Of a stretch of 64,000 nt of DNA, positions 31,631-42,543 are shown piece after piece; position 1 is the stretch's first letter; each line of letters opens with the position of its first letter. The position numbers were made by a program, and so were the translations under genes. The notes under the pieces are model-generated. The model was given only the letters and a program-made list of their open reading frames with translations, was not told the origin of the DNA and made no database searches. The stretch spans positions 23,572-87,571 of the forward strand of contig NZ_CAUPIY010000006.1 in assembly GCF_963511525.1 (NCBI RefSeq), in the 5' to 3' direction. The stretch comes from an uncultured Mobiluncus sp. (lineage in GTDB: Bacteria; Actinomycetota; Actinomycetes; Actinomycetales; Actinomycetaceae).

Positions 31631-31695
31631 TCGACGCTAGCGAAATCACGCCCTCCCTGGGTGCGGCAATCCGTTCTCATCAGCGGCAACCTGCC

Positions 31696-33549
31696 TCACG
31701 TGCCGGGCGATTCCGGAGCGTGTGAAGGTTCCGTAGGTGTGGTCGGGGTATCCGTCGGAACTTCCGGCTTAGTCGTGGGTTCCTCCGGGGCAATCGCCAC
31801 CACGGCGGTCATAGACGTATCCAGCCCAACCAACTGACCTGCCTTGTCCAAAGACAACACCGTGCCCGGAGCAGCTGTAGCATCTTCCTTTTCGGTAATC
31901 GTCAAACGCACCCGGTTGGCATCCACAAACTGTTGCAGAGCCTCCTTGGTGCCTCCCACCAGGTCTTGGGGAATCCGGAAATTACCGGAGGCCACTTCCA
32001 GGTCGACCGAGTCGCCCTTTTTAACCGCTTCGCCCTCCGCGGGGTTGGATTTAATGACTTTGTCTTTGTCTATCGTGCCCGAATCAGCAGTCGTGATGCT
32101 ACCAATCTCTAAGCCTTCTGCCTCCAAAGCCTTCCGAGCCTGTTCCTGGGTCAGACCGGCCAGCGAGGGAACACTGGCGTCGCCCGGGCCGGTAGAAAGC
32201 GAGACAAACACCTTGGAACCTTTGGCAACCTTCGTCCCCACCGCCGGATCGGATTTAACAAAAATACCCTCCGGAATGTCCTCGGAACTGACCCCGCGGC
32301 CCAGGCGGAACACCAGCCCCGCATCGGTAATCGTGGTGGAGGCTTCTTCCTGGCTCATGCCGTCCAGAGAGGGAATCTCTACCATCTCGTCACTCGGCTT
32401 GTCTCCACTGAAAACCAGCCAATATCCGAGGCCTAAAACCGCCAAAATTGCCAGCAGCACAATGACAATAATCAGCGGTTTCTTATTGGGTTTACCGCGA
32501 TGGTTCTGGGTCGGATCTGTGGCTTCCAAAGTCTGGGTGGTCTGTCCCGCGGCAAACATTGCGTTAGACCTAGCGGTTCCGTAGCTAGAGGCGTACCCCT
32601 GGTTTACAGGGGGCAAGACAGTGGTCGCACCACCGGCGGTATCACCAACCAAAGGAGCCGTCCAGGTTGACGTAGCGGGAGCTGCCACGCTTCCTCCACG
32701 CAAAGAAGCCTGCAGGTCAGCTCGCATATGAGCGGCATCGGGATAGCGATCTTCACGGTCTTTCGCTAACGCTTTCATCACCACGCGATCCAAAGATTCC
32801 GGAATATCCGGGGCAATCGAGGAAGGCAGCGGTGGCAGCTGGGAAACGTGCTGGAACGCGACCGCCACAGCCGAATCGCCCTTGAACGGGGGCTGGCCAG
32901 TCAGCAGCTCGAACAGCAAACACCCCGCGGAATACAGGTCAGAACGGGCATCAACCTGTTCGCCGCGAGCCTGTTCGGGAGAAAGATACTGCGCGGTGCC
33001 CACCACCGCATCGGTTTGCGTCATCGTGGCTTGGGAATCAGACAGGGCGCGAGCAATCCCAAAGTCCATCACCTTGATTTTCCCGGTCGTGGTAATCATC
33101 ACATTGCCGGGCTTAATGTCGCGGTGCACCAAGTTTTGATGGTGAGCATACTCCAACGCGTCCAGGACACCGGAAACGATTTCTACCGCTTCCTCCAGCG
33201 GAACCGGATTCCCGTCCGTCAGCAGCTCCCGTACCGTGTGACCTTCCACGTACTCCATAACGATGTAGGGCACCTTTATCTCGGCGCCGTCAGAAGCGGT
33301 GATGGTTTCTTCACCCGTGTCATAAACAGCCACGATGGAGGGATGGTTCAGGTTTGCCGCCGATTGGGCTTCGCGGCGGAAACGGGCCTGAAAGACGGGG
33401 TCGCGCGCCAAGTCCTGACGCAAAATCTTAATCGCTACAATCCGGTTCAGGCGCGTGTCAGTACCGATATGGACTTCAGCCATACCGCCGCGTCCGATGA
33501 GCTGGCTAATTTCGTAGCGCCCGCCGATAATCCGGTCAGACTGACTCAA
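31696..33549 (-). CDS. pknB: PASTA-domain Ser/Thr kinase PknB
   Basis: IGRGGMAEV, HRDIKPGN, DFGIAR, GTAQYLSPEQ, TM, PASTA repeats. Confidence 0.95.
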   Translation of the reverse strand: MSQSDRIIGGRYEISQLIGRGGMAEVHIGTDTRLNRIVAIKILRQDLARDPVFQARFRREAQSAANLNHPSIVAVYDTGEETITASDGAEIKVPYIVMEYVEGHTVRELLTDGNPVPLEEAVEIVSGVLDALEYAHHQNLVHRDIKPGNVMITTTGKIKVMDFGIARALSDSQATMTQTDAVVGTAQYLSPEQARGEQVDARSDLYSAGCLLFELLTGQPPFKGDSAVAVAFQHVSQLPPLPSSIAPDIPESLDRVVMKALAKDREDRYPDAAHMRADLQASLRGGSVAAPATSTWTAPLVGDTAGGATTVLPPVNQGYASSYGTARSNAMFAAGQTTQTLEATDPTQNHRGKPNKKPLIIVIVLLAILAVLGLGYWLVFSGDKPSDEMVEIPSLDGMSQEEASTTITDAGLVFRLGRGVSSEDIPEGIFVKSDPAVGTKVAKGSKVFVSLSTGPGDASVPSLAGLTQEQARKALEAEGLEIGSITTADSGTIDKDKVIKSNPAEGEAVKKGDSVDLEVASGNFRIPQDLVGGTKEALQQFVDANRVRLTITEKEDATAAPGTVLSLDKAGQLVGLDTSMTAVVAIAPEEPTTKPEVPTDTPTTPTEPSHAPESPGT

Positions 33550-35017
33550 GGTTTTCCTCCTCTACTGGCGAGCTGGCTGGGGCTGCAACCGACGCTACGG
33601 TCAAGCCCGATTCAAGGTTACCGGTTGAGGCCCCGGTACGCAGGGTGGTTGCCAACCCAAAAATCAACGCTATCAACACCACAGCGGTGATGACCAATGC
33701 AACAACAAGTTTTCGTTTCGATCCCGACTCCGGTGGGGACAGCGGTTTGTCTTCCAAATAACGCATCATTTCCTCGTGACGCTCGGGAGGGATTGCCTGG
33801 GGACCCACCGGTATAGCAGCAGGTTGGGTCGGTTTTACCCGCTGAAAATTGGGTCTGAAGGGCGAGGCGGATGTCTCCGAAGCAGAAGCGGCGGGCGGGA
33901 TCGAATCGGTCTGGTACGGGCCAACTGCGGGAGCCGTTGTGTCAGGTTTGGCCGAGACCACACGAGGGGGTTGCGGAGCCGGTTCAACCGGCGCAGCAGG
34001 CGCTTTGGTGGGAGTGACCGGGGAGGGGGACGCCGCAGGTGGGGTTGGAGAGGCCGATACGGCGCGTGCATCTGCGGGCGGGGAGCCCGGAGAAGTATTT
34101 TTCGGGGTATCTTCGACCGGTGCCACGGGCATCTGGGCGGTCGGGGGAGCGTCGGCCAAATTGCGTGAAAAACTCATGCGCGGGGTAAACGACAGTGGCA
34201 CCGTGCCGTGCCACAGCGCCTGAATCGCCTCAGCGAGCTGTTTCGCCGATTGCGGACGCAGCCGCGGGTCTTTTTCCAACATTTGGTAAATCAACGCTGC
34301 CACTTGGGGATTTACCGTCTCGGGAAGAGGCGGAACCGGGTCTTTCACGTGTGACATCGCGATGTCGACCTGAGTCGGACCCGTAAACGGACGTTTTCCA
34401 GCCAAGGCTTCGTAGGCGATGACACCCAGAGCATAAATATCACCCAAGGCGGTCGCGGTTTCACCCATCGCCTGTTCGGGAGGCAGATATTGGGCGGTAC
34501 CCATCACCATCCCGGCCGCGGTCAGGGCCTCGGCGCGCGGGGCCAACGAAATCCCGAAGTCCGTCAGCTTCGCCACGCCCTTGTCGGAAACCAAAATATT
34601 CGAAGGCTTCACATCACGGTGAATGACGTGCGCCTCGTGGGAAGCTTGCAAGCCGTTGGCAATCTGGATCAGAATCGGGGCCAGTTGTTCCCAGGTCAGA
34701 ATCTGGCCTCCCGCCAGAATATCCGACAGGGGACGGCCCTCCACCAGTTCCATCACGATCCAGCCCTGGCCATCTGTTTCGCCCCAATCAAAAACGGCGG
34801 CGAGGTTGGGATGATGCAGGCGGGCGGCGTTGGTAGCTTCGGCACGCAGACGGGCCAGGAATGTCGCCTGACCGATGAGTTCCTCTTTCAACACCTTCAC
34901 CGCGACGACGTTTTGGCTGCGTTTGTCCCAACCGCGCCAAATCACCCCCATTCCGCCGGTCGCCAGAATGGAAACCAGGCGGTAACGGTCGTTGAGCACC
35001 GTATTTGCTCCAATCAT
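33536..35017 (-). CDS. pknA: Ser/Thr kinase PknA
   Basis: ATGGMG, HRDVKPSN, DFGIS, Pro-rich linker, C-terminal TM; synteny. Confidence 0.92.
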   Translation of the reverse strand: MIGANTVLNDRYRLVSILATGGMGVIWRGWDKRSQNVVAVKVLKEELIGQATFLARLRAEATNAARLHHPNLAAVFDWGETDGQGWIVMELVEGRPLSDILAGGQILTWEQLAPILIQIANGLQASHEAHVIHRDVKPSNILVSDKGVAKLTDFGISLAPRAEALTAAGMVMGTAQYLPPEQAMGETATALGDIYALGVIAYEALAGKRPFTGPTQVDIAMSHVKDPVPPLPETVNPQVAALIYQMLEKDPRLRPQSAKQLAEAIQALWHGTVPLSFTPRMSFSRNLADAPPTAQMPVAPVEDTPKNTSPGSPPADARAVSASPTPPAASPSPVTPTKAPAAPVEPAPQPPRVVSAKPDTTAPAVGPYQTDSIPPAASASETSASPFRPNFQRVKPTQPAAIPVGPQAIPPERHEEMMRYLEDKPLSPPESGSKRKLVVALVITAVVLIALIFGLATTLRTGASTGNLESGLTVASVAAPASSPVEEENLESV

Positions 35018-36474
35018 TGGCTCACTCCTGCCTGCAAAATGCTGCGTGCCAGCGGGGCAGCCACGGTACCCCCGGTACCGCGTACGCCCTGCGGGTCCTC
35101 CACCACAATCGCTACGGCAATGCGCGGGTCTTCCGCCGGGGCAAACCCTACAAACCAGTGATCCAGGCCGCGCCCCACCCCCGTTTCGGCGGTTCCGGTT
35201 TTACCTGCTACGTTCAGGCCGGGAATGCCGGCAGCCTTGCCGGTTCCGGATTGCACAACTTCCACCATCATCTGGCGGATACTGGCGGCGATTTCCGGTG
35301 ACACCGCCTGGCTCAAAACTTGTGGAGCATACTGTTTGAGCACCTGGAAATCGGAGGACAGCTCCTGATTGATCAGGTAAGGCGTCATGACTTTTCCGTC
35401 GTTAGCGACAGCGCTCGCCACCATCGCCATCTGTAGGGGCGTCACCCGCACGGACTGCTGGCCAATCGCGGCGTTCGCCAGGAAAGACGGCGCTTCCGGA
35501 GGAGGAAATTGGGAAGCTACCCCGGTCAGAGGCACGTTCGGGACGGTGCCGAAACCAAAGGCCTTGGCTTGTGCCTGCAAAGGCTCGCCGCCCAATTGCA
35601 TTCCCAATGCGCCGAACGGGGTGTTACAGGACAGGGCAAAGGCTTTATGCAACGGCACTTGGCCGTTTCCACAGGATTCTCCGGCAAAGTTGATGAGTTT
35701 CACGTTGGTGCCCGGCAAATCCAGAGAATCGGGAGCGTCCACAATAGTATCCGCGGCAACTGTCCCGTGAGACAGCAGAGCCGCGGTCGTCACAATCTTA
35801 AACGTCGAACCGGGCGGATAAAGTTCGCTAATTGCTCTGTTTAGCAGGGGTTTTTGCGGGTCGGCGACCAAAGCGTTGTAGGTACTTTGCAGGGCGTTGC
35901 CGTCCGGGCCGCTCAAGGCGTTGGGGTCAAAAGTGGGGGAGGACGCCATTCCCAGGATTTCTCCCGTTTTCGGGTTCAGCGCCACGGCGGCGCCGGTTTT
36001 CCCGGACAATGCCGCGGTCATCGCGTCTTGGACTGCCGGATTGATGGTCAGTGACACGTTTCCGGCCTGCGGCTGGGCACCGGTAAACAAGTCTTGTAGG
36101 CGCTGCATCCATTGGGAATCCGCCTTGCCGGACAAAACCGGTTCGGCGGCCTTCTCCAAATCCGTCATCTGGCCGCGAATTGCCGCCGGGAAGTATCCCG
36201 TAATATGGGCGTACTTTGCGCCCTGAGGATAGTTTCGGGCGTAGGTCACGTCCGGATCAGTTCCTACTGGCAGCGACTGAGCCAATACCAGGGCACCGTC
36301 TCCGGTCACGATCTTGCCGCGCTCCTGGTTCCAGTAGGCATCGGTGACCCGCCGGTTCAGGGGGTGAGCGTTGAGGGTCGGAGCAAAAATAAACTGCTGA
36401 TAGGTTAACGCCCCCATCAAAGCCACAATCATGACAATCAGGGCAACCGCTAAACGGCGAATCTGAGCGTTCAT
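35014..36474 (-). CDS. pbpA: Class B penicillin-binding protein PbpA
   Basis: STFK, SCN and KTGT motifs. Confidence 0.93.
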   Translation of the reverse strand: MNAQIRRLAVALIVMIVALMGALTYQQFIFAPTLNAHPLNRRVTDAYWNQERGKIVTGDGALVLAQSLPVGTDPDVTYARNYPQGAKYAHITGYFPAAIRGQMTDLEKAAEPVLSGKADSQWMQRLQDLFTGAQPQAGNVSLTINPAVQDAMTAALSGKTGAAVALNPKTGEILGMASSPTFDPNALSGPDGNALQSTYNALVADPQKPLLNRAISELYPPGSTFKIVTTAALLSHGTVAADTIVDAPDSLDLPGTNVKLINFAGESCGNGQVPLHKAFALSCNTPFGALGMQLGGEPLQAQAKAFGFGTVPNVPLTGVASQFPPPEAPSFLANAAIGQQSVRVTPLQMAMVASAVANDGKVMTPYLINQELSSDFQVLKQYAPQVLSQAVSPEIAASIRQMMVEVVQSGTGKAAGIPGLNVAGKTGTAETGVGRGLDHWFVGFAPAEDPRIAVAIVVEDPQGVRGTGGTVAAPLARSILQAGVSQ

Positions 36475-37961
36475 TGCGGCATCACCACCCTTTCGGTGGC
36501 GGCGTAGTCAAGAGGTCCCCCGGCGAGCCCAGCATCTCCCGAGTCACCGGTACCGGATGTCAACCGAAAACCGCCGGACCCATCGGATGGAACTGGTCGA
36601 CGTGCTGAATCGGAAATGCGCAGCAGAATCGCTACCGCCAACCAGTTGGCGACGGAAGAAACGCCCCCCGCCGCCAGGAACGGGGCGGTCAGGCCGGTGG
36701 AGGGAATCAAGCGGGTCACGCCCCCCGCCACGATAAACAGCTGCGCCCCAATCCCGAAAGCCAAAGCCGTGGCCAGCAGTTTCCCGAAACCATCGCGCAC
36801 CCCCATCGCGGCTCGCAATCCGCGCAACACCAGAATCAGGTACAGCAGCATTACGGCCAACATACCGGTCAGACCGATTTCCTCAGCGACAGAGGACACG
36901 ATGAAATCCGAGTTTGCCAAGGGAGTTTGACCCGGCCGGCCCAAACCCCACCCGGTTCCGGTCAAGCCGCCGTAAGCCATGCCGAACAGGGCGTTGACCA
37001 GCTGCCAAGAACCGCCGACTCGATCCGGGTTGGCGACATCCAAATCCAGAGCATTCAGCCAGTTCGTCACCCGGTCTTGCACGTGAGAGAAGGACAGGTA
37101 CGCCACGACGGCCATCGGTATCATCAACACCCCGCCGAAAATAATCCAAGATGGTCGGTCCGTAGCGACATAGAGGACGGCGACAAAGATGGCGAACAGC
37201 AAAAGCGCCACCCCCAGGTCCTTTTGCAGCACCAGCAGGCCCATCACCGCAGCCCAGACCACCAGAATCGGCAGCAGGTCGCGCCACCGGGGCAGCTGAA
37301 TGAATCCGAGCTTTTTGCCGGCGATAGCCAGGGAATCCCGACGGTATTCCAGGTAGCCGGCAAAGAAAATCGCCAGCAAAATCTTGGCGAATTCGTTAGG
37401 TTGAATCGTGAATCCCAAGATGCGCAAGGAAATATCGGCACCGTTGACGGTTTGACCGAGTCCCGGAATCTTGGTGGAAAGCATCAGCAAAATGGCGACA
37501 ACCAGGGCGGGCCAGGCAAATTTTCGCAGGCTGCGATGATCCCGAAACGCCAGCAAGGTCAGGATTACCACCACGATGGAGCCGATCATGAAAACGACTT
37601 GGCGTTCATTGTTGACCTGGGTCAACATGGCGTTACGCACCGCGGTGGAACCGGTGGTATCGGCGCGCTGCTGATAGTACAGATCCAGGCGCGAAATCAT
37701 CGCTAAACCGATTCCGTTTAACGCCACAGCCACCGGCATAATGACCGGGTCGGCGTAGGGCGCCAAAAACCGTATCGCCACGTGCAGACTGATTCCCCCC
37801 ACGGCGATTGCGGCGCAATACCAGTACCAAACCTGGGGAGCCTCCGGGTGAGAAACCATGACGGAAAGGTAAGCTCCGACCCCGACCAAGATTGCCAGGA
37901 TGAGCAAAACGAGTTCAGAGCGGCGTCCGGATCTGGCAGGATATTGCACGATGGTAGCCAT
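36471..37961 (-). CDS. rodA: SEDS protein RodA
   Basis: IQPNEFAK, QKDLG, SDFI..AEEIG, PFLAAGG. Confidence 0.93.
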   Translation of the reverse strand: MATIVQYPARSGRRSELVLLILAILVGVGAYLSVMVSHPEAPQVWYWYCAAIAVGGISLHVAIRFLAPYADPVIMPVAVALNGIGLAMISRLDLYYQQRADTTGSTAVRNAMLTQVNNERQVVFMIGSIVVVILTLLAFRDHRSLRKFAWPALVVAILLMLSTKIPGLGQTVNGADISLRILGFTIQPNEFAKILLAIFFAGYLEYRRDSLAIAGKKLGFIQLPRWRDLLPILVVWAAVMGLLVLQKDLGVALLLFAIFVAVLYVATDRPSWIIFGGVLMIPMAVVAYLSFSHVQDRVTNWLNALDLDVANPDRVGGSWQLVNALFGMAYGGLTGTGWGLGRPGQTPLANSDFIVSSVAEEIGLTGMLAVMLLYLILVLRGLRAAMGVRDGFGKLLATALAFGIGAQLFIVAGGVTRLIPSTGLTAPFLAAGGVSSVANWLAVAILLRISDSARRPVPSDGSGGFRLTSGTGDSGDAGLAGGPLDYAATERVVMPQ

Positions 37962-39289
37962 TACTGGTTACCTCCCGCAGTATTCGGGGATTCTTCGGTT
38001 GACGTGGTTGTCTCAGGTGTTGGCGTTGTTGGGGTCGGGGTCACAAGCTTCGGTGCGGGCTTTTTCGTTTCCTTCACCATTCCGGTGTCCCGCCACGACG
38101 CAATCAGCTCCCGGGCCTCCTCACGACTCCGCAGAGAAATGCTCTTTTCCAGGCGCTGCTGGATGACGGGAGCCAAATCGGAATCACGTAGCCCCATCCC
38201 TTCGACAGGGTGATACAAATCCCACGAGCCGATGGATTGGTCAATCCCCCTAAACAGTGTCACTTCGCCCCGATTCACCCCCAGAAAGTACTGTTTTTGG
38301 GTCCAGCCATAGGAAAACCAGGCTCCGAGCCCCAAACCCGCCAAAATCACCAGCGTCAAAAATATGCCGATGAACCAGCCCCGCCGGGACATCTTGCGGG
38401 GATCTTTCGGGGTACGGGTGGCAAATTCATCCTGCTCCAGAGGTTTCCCGCGGCGCAGCATCGCAGCTTTCTCAGCGGGGGTGGCTTCGCTGATACTGGC
38501 TCCGGCGGGCCGAATGGAGGCGGCCCCCACGATCTGTGGGGCGGTAGCGGTCAGTTCCTCATCGGAATCCACCACATCGGCAATCACGCAGGTCACGTTG
38601 TCGGGGGCGCCGCTTTTCAGCGCCAAACCCACCAGGTCTTCGCAGCAGCTCTCCGGCGTTTGGCCCTCGGTGAGTACGGTGGCGATGGTTTCGGCGGAAA
38701 CCACTCCGCTCAACCCGTCCGAACACAGCAACCAGCGATCCCCCACCACGGCCGCACGCACGGACTCGTCCAAAGTCACGTCGCCTTGTGAATCCCCCAA
38801 CACCCGCAACAACACGGAACGTTTCGGGTGGTGCGCGGCCTCCTCCGGGGTCAGCTCTCCAGATTCCACCAGGTACTGCACAAAAGAATGGTCTTTCGTC
38901 ACCTGGGTCAACTCACCGTCCCGCAACAGGTAGGCTCGAGAGTCACCCACGTGAACCATCGCCATCTTGTTTCCAGACCGTAAAATTGCCACACAAGTGG
39001 TACCCAGACCCTGCAACTCCTCGTGGCTGCCCGACAGCTCCACCAAATCTCGGTGAGCCTCCCCAATGGCATCACGCAGCAGGTTCAACAAGTCGTCAGC
39101 AGCGTGGGAATCTGCGTCCAGCGGAGCCAAATGCGCCACCGCCACCGAGGAAGCAATGTCGCCTCCGGCGGGACCGCCCATTCCGTCAGCCAGCACCAAC
39201 AGATGCGGCCCGGCATAGCCGGAATCCTGGTTATTTTTGCGAACCAAGCCGACGTGAGAACGAGCCGCATAACGCAGTTGGATTGACAT
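37961..39289 (-). CDS. pstP: PP2C-type Ser/Thr phosphatase PstP
   Basis: GLVRKNNQD, ADGMGG, HVGDSR, CSDGL, DNVT, C-terminal TM. Confidence 0.94.
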   Translation of the reverse strand: MSIQLRYAARSHVGLVRKNNQDSGYAGPHLLVLADGMGGPAGGDIASSVAVAHLAPLDADSHAADDLLNLLRDAIGEAHRDLVELSGSHEELQGLGTTCVAILRSGNKMAMVHVGDSRAYLLRDGELTQVTKDHSFVQYLVESGELTPEEAAHHPKRSVLLRVLGDSQGDVTLDESVRAAVVGDRWLLCSDGLSGVVSAETIATVLTEGQTPESCCEDLVGLALKSGAPDNVTCVIADVVDSDEELTATAPQIVGAASIRPAGASISEATPAEKAAMLRRGKPLEQDEFATRTPKDPRKMSRRGWFIGIFLTLVILAGLGLGAWFSYGWTQKQYFLGVNRGEVTLFRGIDQSIGSWDLYHPVEGMGLRDSDLAPVIQQRLEKSISLRSREEARELIASWRDTGMVKETKKPAPKLVTPTPTTPTPETTTSTEESPNTAGGNQ

Positions 39290-39753
39290 CAGCGCAGCTC
39301 CACTATGGTTTGCCCGAAGCGAACCGGGGTGTGTGCGCTGAGCGGGGTCGGGGAAGTAATCCGCACTCCTCCCACGACAGTCCCGTTGGTTGAGCCCAAA
39401 TCCTCCACGAACCACTGGCCGTCTTGCGGATAAATCCGGGCATGTTGAGCCGAAGCGTAGTCGTCATCCAGCACCAAAGTTGAGGTCGGGGCGCGTCCCA
39501 CGATGACCGGCCTGTCGGTGAGCTGCAGGGAAGACCCCGTCAATGGCCCCTCGGTAACCAAAAGCGTGGACACCTGGGCGTCACGCTTCCGCTGTTTACG
39601 GCCTTTGGTGGGTTTTGCTGATTTAGCCTGGTCACGCCGTGTAACGACCGTACCATAGATATCACGGCTCAAAACCAGGATGGAACCTCCCACCAGGAGC
39701 CACAGCAGCACCAGGTATCCCAGGCGCAGTAAAGAAAAACTTAGTTCGTTCAA
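39289..39753 (-). CDS. fhaB: FHA domain protein FhaB
   Basis: N-terminal TM, VGR, S..HA, DLGSTNGT. Confidence 0.9.
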   Translation of the reverse strand: MNELSFSLLRLGYLVLLWLLVGGSILVLSRDIYGTVVTRRDQAKSAKPTKGRKQRKRDAQVSTLLVTEGPLTGSSLQLTDRPVIVGRAPTSTLVLDDDYASAQHARIYPQDGQWFVEDLGSTNGTVVGGVRITSPTPLSAHTPVRFGQTIVELR

Positions 39754-39769
39754 CAGCTCGCCCCTAGCC

Positions 39770-40618
39770 TCACGATACTCGGGGTGGGGCGGCTTGGCGC
39801 CAGAAAATCATCTTGATGCGACCTGCCGTCACCACGTTGCGATCTAAGAGAGTAGCTTCGTTGACGCGGTTGCCTTCCACAAAAGTTCCGTTCGTGGACC
39901 CCAAATCGCGCAGCACGTAGTTGGTACCGACCTGGACAATTTCAAAATGCTGATGGGACACCCCGGAATCGCTCAGGGCAATGTCCACGTTGCGTCCCCG
40001 TCCTACCACGGTACGCTCTCCCACCAGCAGGTAAGTCTGTCCCCCGACCACTTCCAACAGGGGTTTTTGTTCATGCTTGGCTAAAAGTTCGGATTCCTGC
40101 GGCGTGACCGTGCCGCCGGGATTCGCCGAGACCCCAGGAGCCGCGGATTCCACAGGTTTCCATTCCAGGTCCTCACTAGCGAGAGTCTGTGGCGGAGCCG
40201 GGTGCGGTTCGGGTTGGGAGGGCGGTGTTACCGGCTGAGCTGGGGTTCCGGGTTCCACACCGGAAACCGGACGGGCCCCGGATACGGAACGAGCCTTAAC
40301 TTCCAGGCGGTGCTGTTCGGGGTTCAGCGGGGTAAATTCGACATAAACCGAACCGGTCAAGGAATAATTTTGCTCAGTCGCGTAGGCGTTGGCATCACGC
40401 ACAAACTCTTGCAGCAGGGCTTCCTTACCCCACTGTTCGAAAGCGGCGTCAGTCTCGGGAGAAATAGAAATCTCGAAATAGTTTGGTGCCACGGTGCGTT
40501 CACGAGACATCGGGATGGCACCCCGATCCATGGCTTGTCGGATAGCCTGAGTCACATCTATAGGTTTGTCAGGGCCGGAACGATACACTTTGGATTTCAC
40601 GCGGTCAAAGAACTCCAA
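39770..40618 (-). CDS. fhaA: FHA domain protein FhaA (DUF3662 + FHA)
   Basis: RTVAPNYF N-domain, C-terminal FHA; TTG start after AAGGAGG. Confidence 0.9.
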   Translation of the reverse strand: MEFFDRVKSKVYRSGPDKPIDVTQAIRQAMDRGAIPMSRERTVAPNYFEISISPETDAAFEQWGKEALLQEFVRDANAYATEQNYSLTGSVYVEFTPLNPEQHRLEVKARSVSGARPVSGVEPGTPAQPVTPPSQPEPHPAPPQTLASEDLEWKPVESAAPGVSANPGGTVTPQESELLAKHEQKPLLEVVGGQTYLLVGERTVVGRGRNVDIALSDSGVSHQHFEIVQVGTNYVLRDLGSTNGTFVEGNRVNEATLLDRNVVTAGRIKMIFWRQAAPPRVS

Positions 40619-40718
40619 AACCCCCTCCTTCCGAGAATCACCAACAGTTAAGACAGTCTGGGACAATTCTAACGGTATAACCCACGTAATTCGTTATTGA
40701 ACTATCAGACCAGGGATT

Positions 40719-41492
40719 TTAGCGATGATCCGCAACCCGGGTAAAGAAGTCCCCTATGGCCTGCAAAATAATGACGATAATGCCGATCACAATCAGCGAA
40801 ACCAACAAGGTGTCGGCTTGGTAGCGCGAGTGGCCGTAATTAATGGCCAAAGAGCCCAAGCCTCCCCCGCCAAACGCCCCGGTGATCGCGGAATAACCAA
40901 TGATGGTGATGACCAGCACGGTCGTGGATTGAATCAGGGCAGGAAGAGCCTCGCGGACTTGCACGCCCCACATAATTTGGCTGCGGCTGGCACCCATCAT
41001 TTGTGCCGCCTCAATCTTGCCGGAATCCACACCCATAATGTTGGATTCGACCAGGCGGGCAAAGAATGGCGTGGCGCCGACAATAAGCGGGACACAGGCC
41101 GGCTGCCAGCCTATCGTGGTGCCTATCAGCAGGCGCGTAAACGGGAGAATGAATACTGCCAAAATCAGGAACGGCAGGGAACGCCCCAGGTTCACAATGA
41201 ATCCCAAAATTTTGTTTACCGCAGCGTTGGGCATCAAGCCGGTTTTCGCCGTGGAAACCAGGAACAACCCCACCGGCAGACCAAACAGCACCGTGAACAG
41301 AGTCGAAACGGCTGTCATCGCTAAGGTCTCCAGGGTGGCAGGAAGCATCTCTCGCGTGATGGCGGGGTTGTCAAACCAGGTCGGATCGCCAGGTCCGGCG
41401 GGAAGTATGGATTGCACTGACGAAACAATCGGGTTCACCTGGTTTACTAAATCAGCGTTGTGCGACAGCAGGGTGGGCAGGAGTTCCAGCAT
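40719..41492 (-). CDS. metI: Methionine ABC transporter permease
   Basis: NLGRSLPFLIL, PFFARLVE, EAAQMMGA, GGGGLG. Confidence 0.92.
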   Translation of the reverse strand: MLELLPTLLSHNADLVNQVNPIVSSVQSILPAGPGDPTWFDNPAITREMLPATLETLAMTAVSTLFTVLFGLPVGLFLVSTAKTGLMPNAAVNKILGFIVNLGRSLPFLILAVFILPFTRLLIGTTIGWQPACVPLIVGATPFFARLVESNIMGVDSGKIEAAQMMGASRSQIMWGVQVREALPALIQSTTVLVITIIGYSAITGAFGGGGLGSLAINYGHSRYQADTLLVSLIVIGIIVIILQAIGDFFTRVADHR

Positions 41493-41493
41493 T

Positions 41494-42543
41494 TTAGATT
41501 TCCTCCTCCAAGTTCAAAGCCTCCAAAGGTCTGACGCTCGCATACACACCTTTGGCACGCATCGCCGCAATCAGACCGTTCATGTTTTCAGCCGAAACCG
41601 CCAAAGCTAGCCTTCCGACCTGTGTGTTTCCTACAGTTTCAAATGTTCCGGCAGCGATATCCGCCCCCGCGGCGGCAACCATCGACATCACGGCAGAACC
41701 GGTAGGTTTGCCCGGATTCGAGTTGAAAGCAATGTCCACCAGCGCGGCCGGTTTACCGTTCAGCACCGGCTCGCTCTTAACTTGCGGTCGGGGAACCAGG
41801 TCAAGCGCTAAACGGCTTTCTGGCTCGGTTAATATGTCCTCAACCGTGCCGGTTTGGATAATCTTGCCGTGTTCCAGCAGGGTGACGGAGTCACAAATTT
41901 CACGCACTACCGCCATCTCGTGTGTAATAATCACCACGGTGACTCCCAAAGTTTCGGAAAGGTCACGAATCAGGTGCAGGACCTGACTGGTGGTTTCCTG
42001 ATCCAGTGCCGAAGTCGGTTCGTCACACAACAGAACCTGAGGACTGGTGGCCAGACCCCGAGCAATGCCGACCCGCTGCTTTTGACCTCCGGAAAGCTGA
42101 GAAGGATAGGACGAGGCACGATCCTCTAAACCCACCAGCCGCAGCAACTCCATGACTTTTTCCTTGCGGTTGCCGTGCGGTACACCAGCCAGATAGAGGG
42201 GGTAGGCAACATTTCCGGCCGCGGTGCGGGAATCCAGCAGGTTCGCGGCCTGGAACACCATCCCGATTTTGCGTCGCGCCTGACGCAGTTCCGTCTCACT
42301 CAAGGCGGTCATTTCTTGACCGTCAAGGGTGATGGAGCCCGTGGTGGGTTTTTCCAACGCCGTCAAGCAACGAATTAAGGTGGATTTACCGGCCCCGGAT
42401 TGCCCCACGATACCGTGAATCGAACCTTTGGCTATCGTCAGGTCAATGTTATCCAAGGCATGAACGGTTCCGCCTTCCGCGGACTTTACATGATAGATTT
42501 TGCTAACCCCGCTCAGGGTAATCATCGGCTCGCTTGTTTTCAT
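41494..42543 (-). CDS. metN: Methionine ABC transporter ATP-binding protein
   Basis: GQSGAGKS, LSGGQKQR, CDEPTSALD, ITHEM, NIL-like C-terminus. Confidence 0.92.
   Translation of the reverse strand: MKTSEPMITLSGVSKIYHVKSAEGGTVHALDNIDLTIAKGSIHGIVGQSGAGKSTLIRCLTALEKPTTGSITLDGQEMTALSETELRQARRKIGMVFQAANLLDSRTAAGNVAYPLYLAGVPHGNRKEKVMELLRLVGLEDRASSYPSQLSGGQKQRVGIARGLATSPQVLLCDEPTSALDQETTSQVLHLIRDLSETLGVTVVIITHEMAVVREICDSVTLLEHGKIIQTGTVEDILTEPESRLALDLVPRPQVKSEPVLNGKPAALVDIAFNSNPGKPTGSAVMSMVAAAGADIAAGTFETVGNTQVGRLALAVSAENMNGLIAAMRAKGVYASVRPLEALNLEEEI

Noticed and set aside
31696..40618. pknB-fhaA cluster as a novelty
   Set aside because: Canonical actinobacterial gene order.
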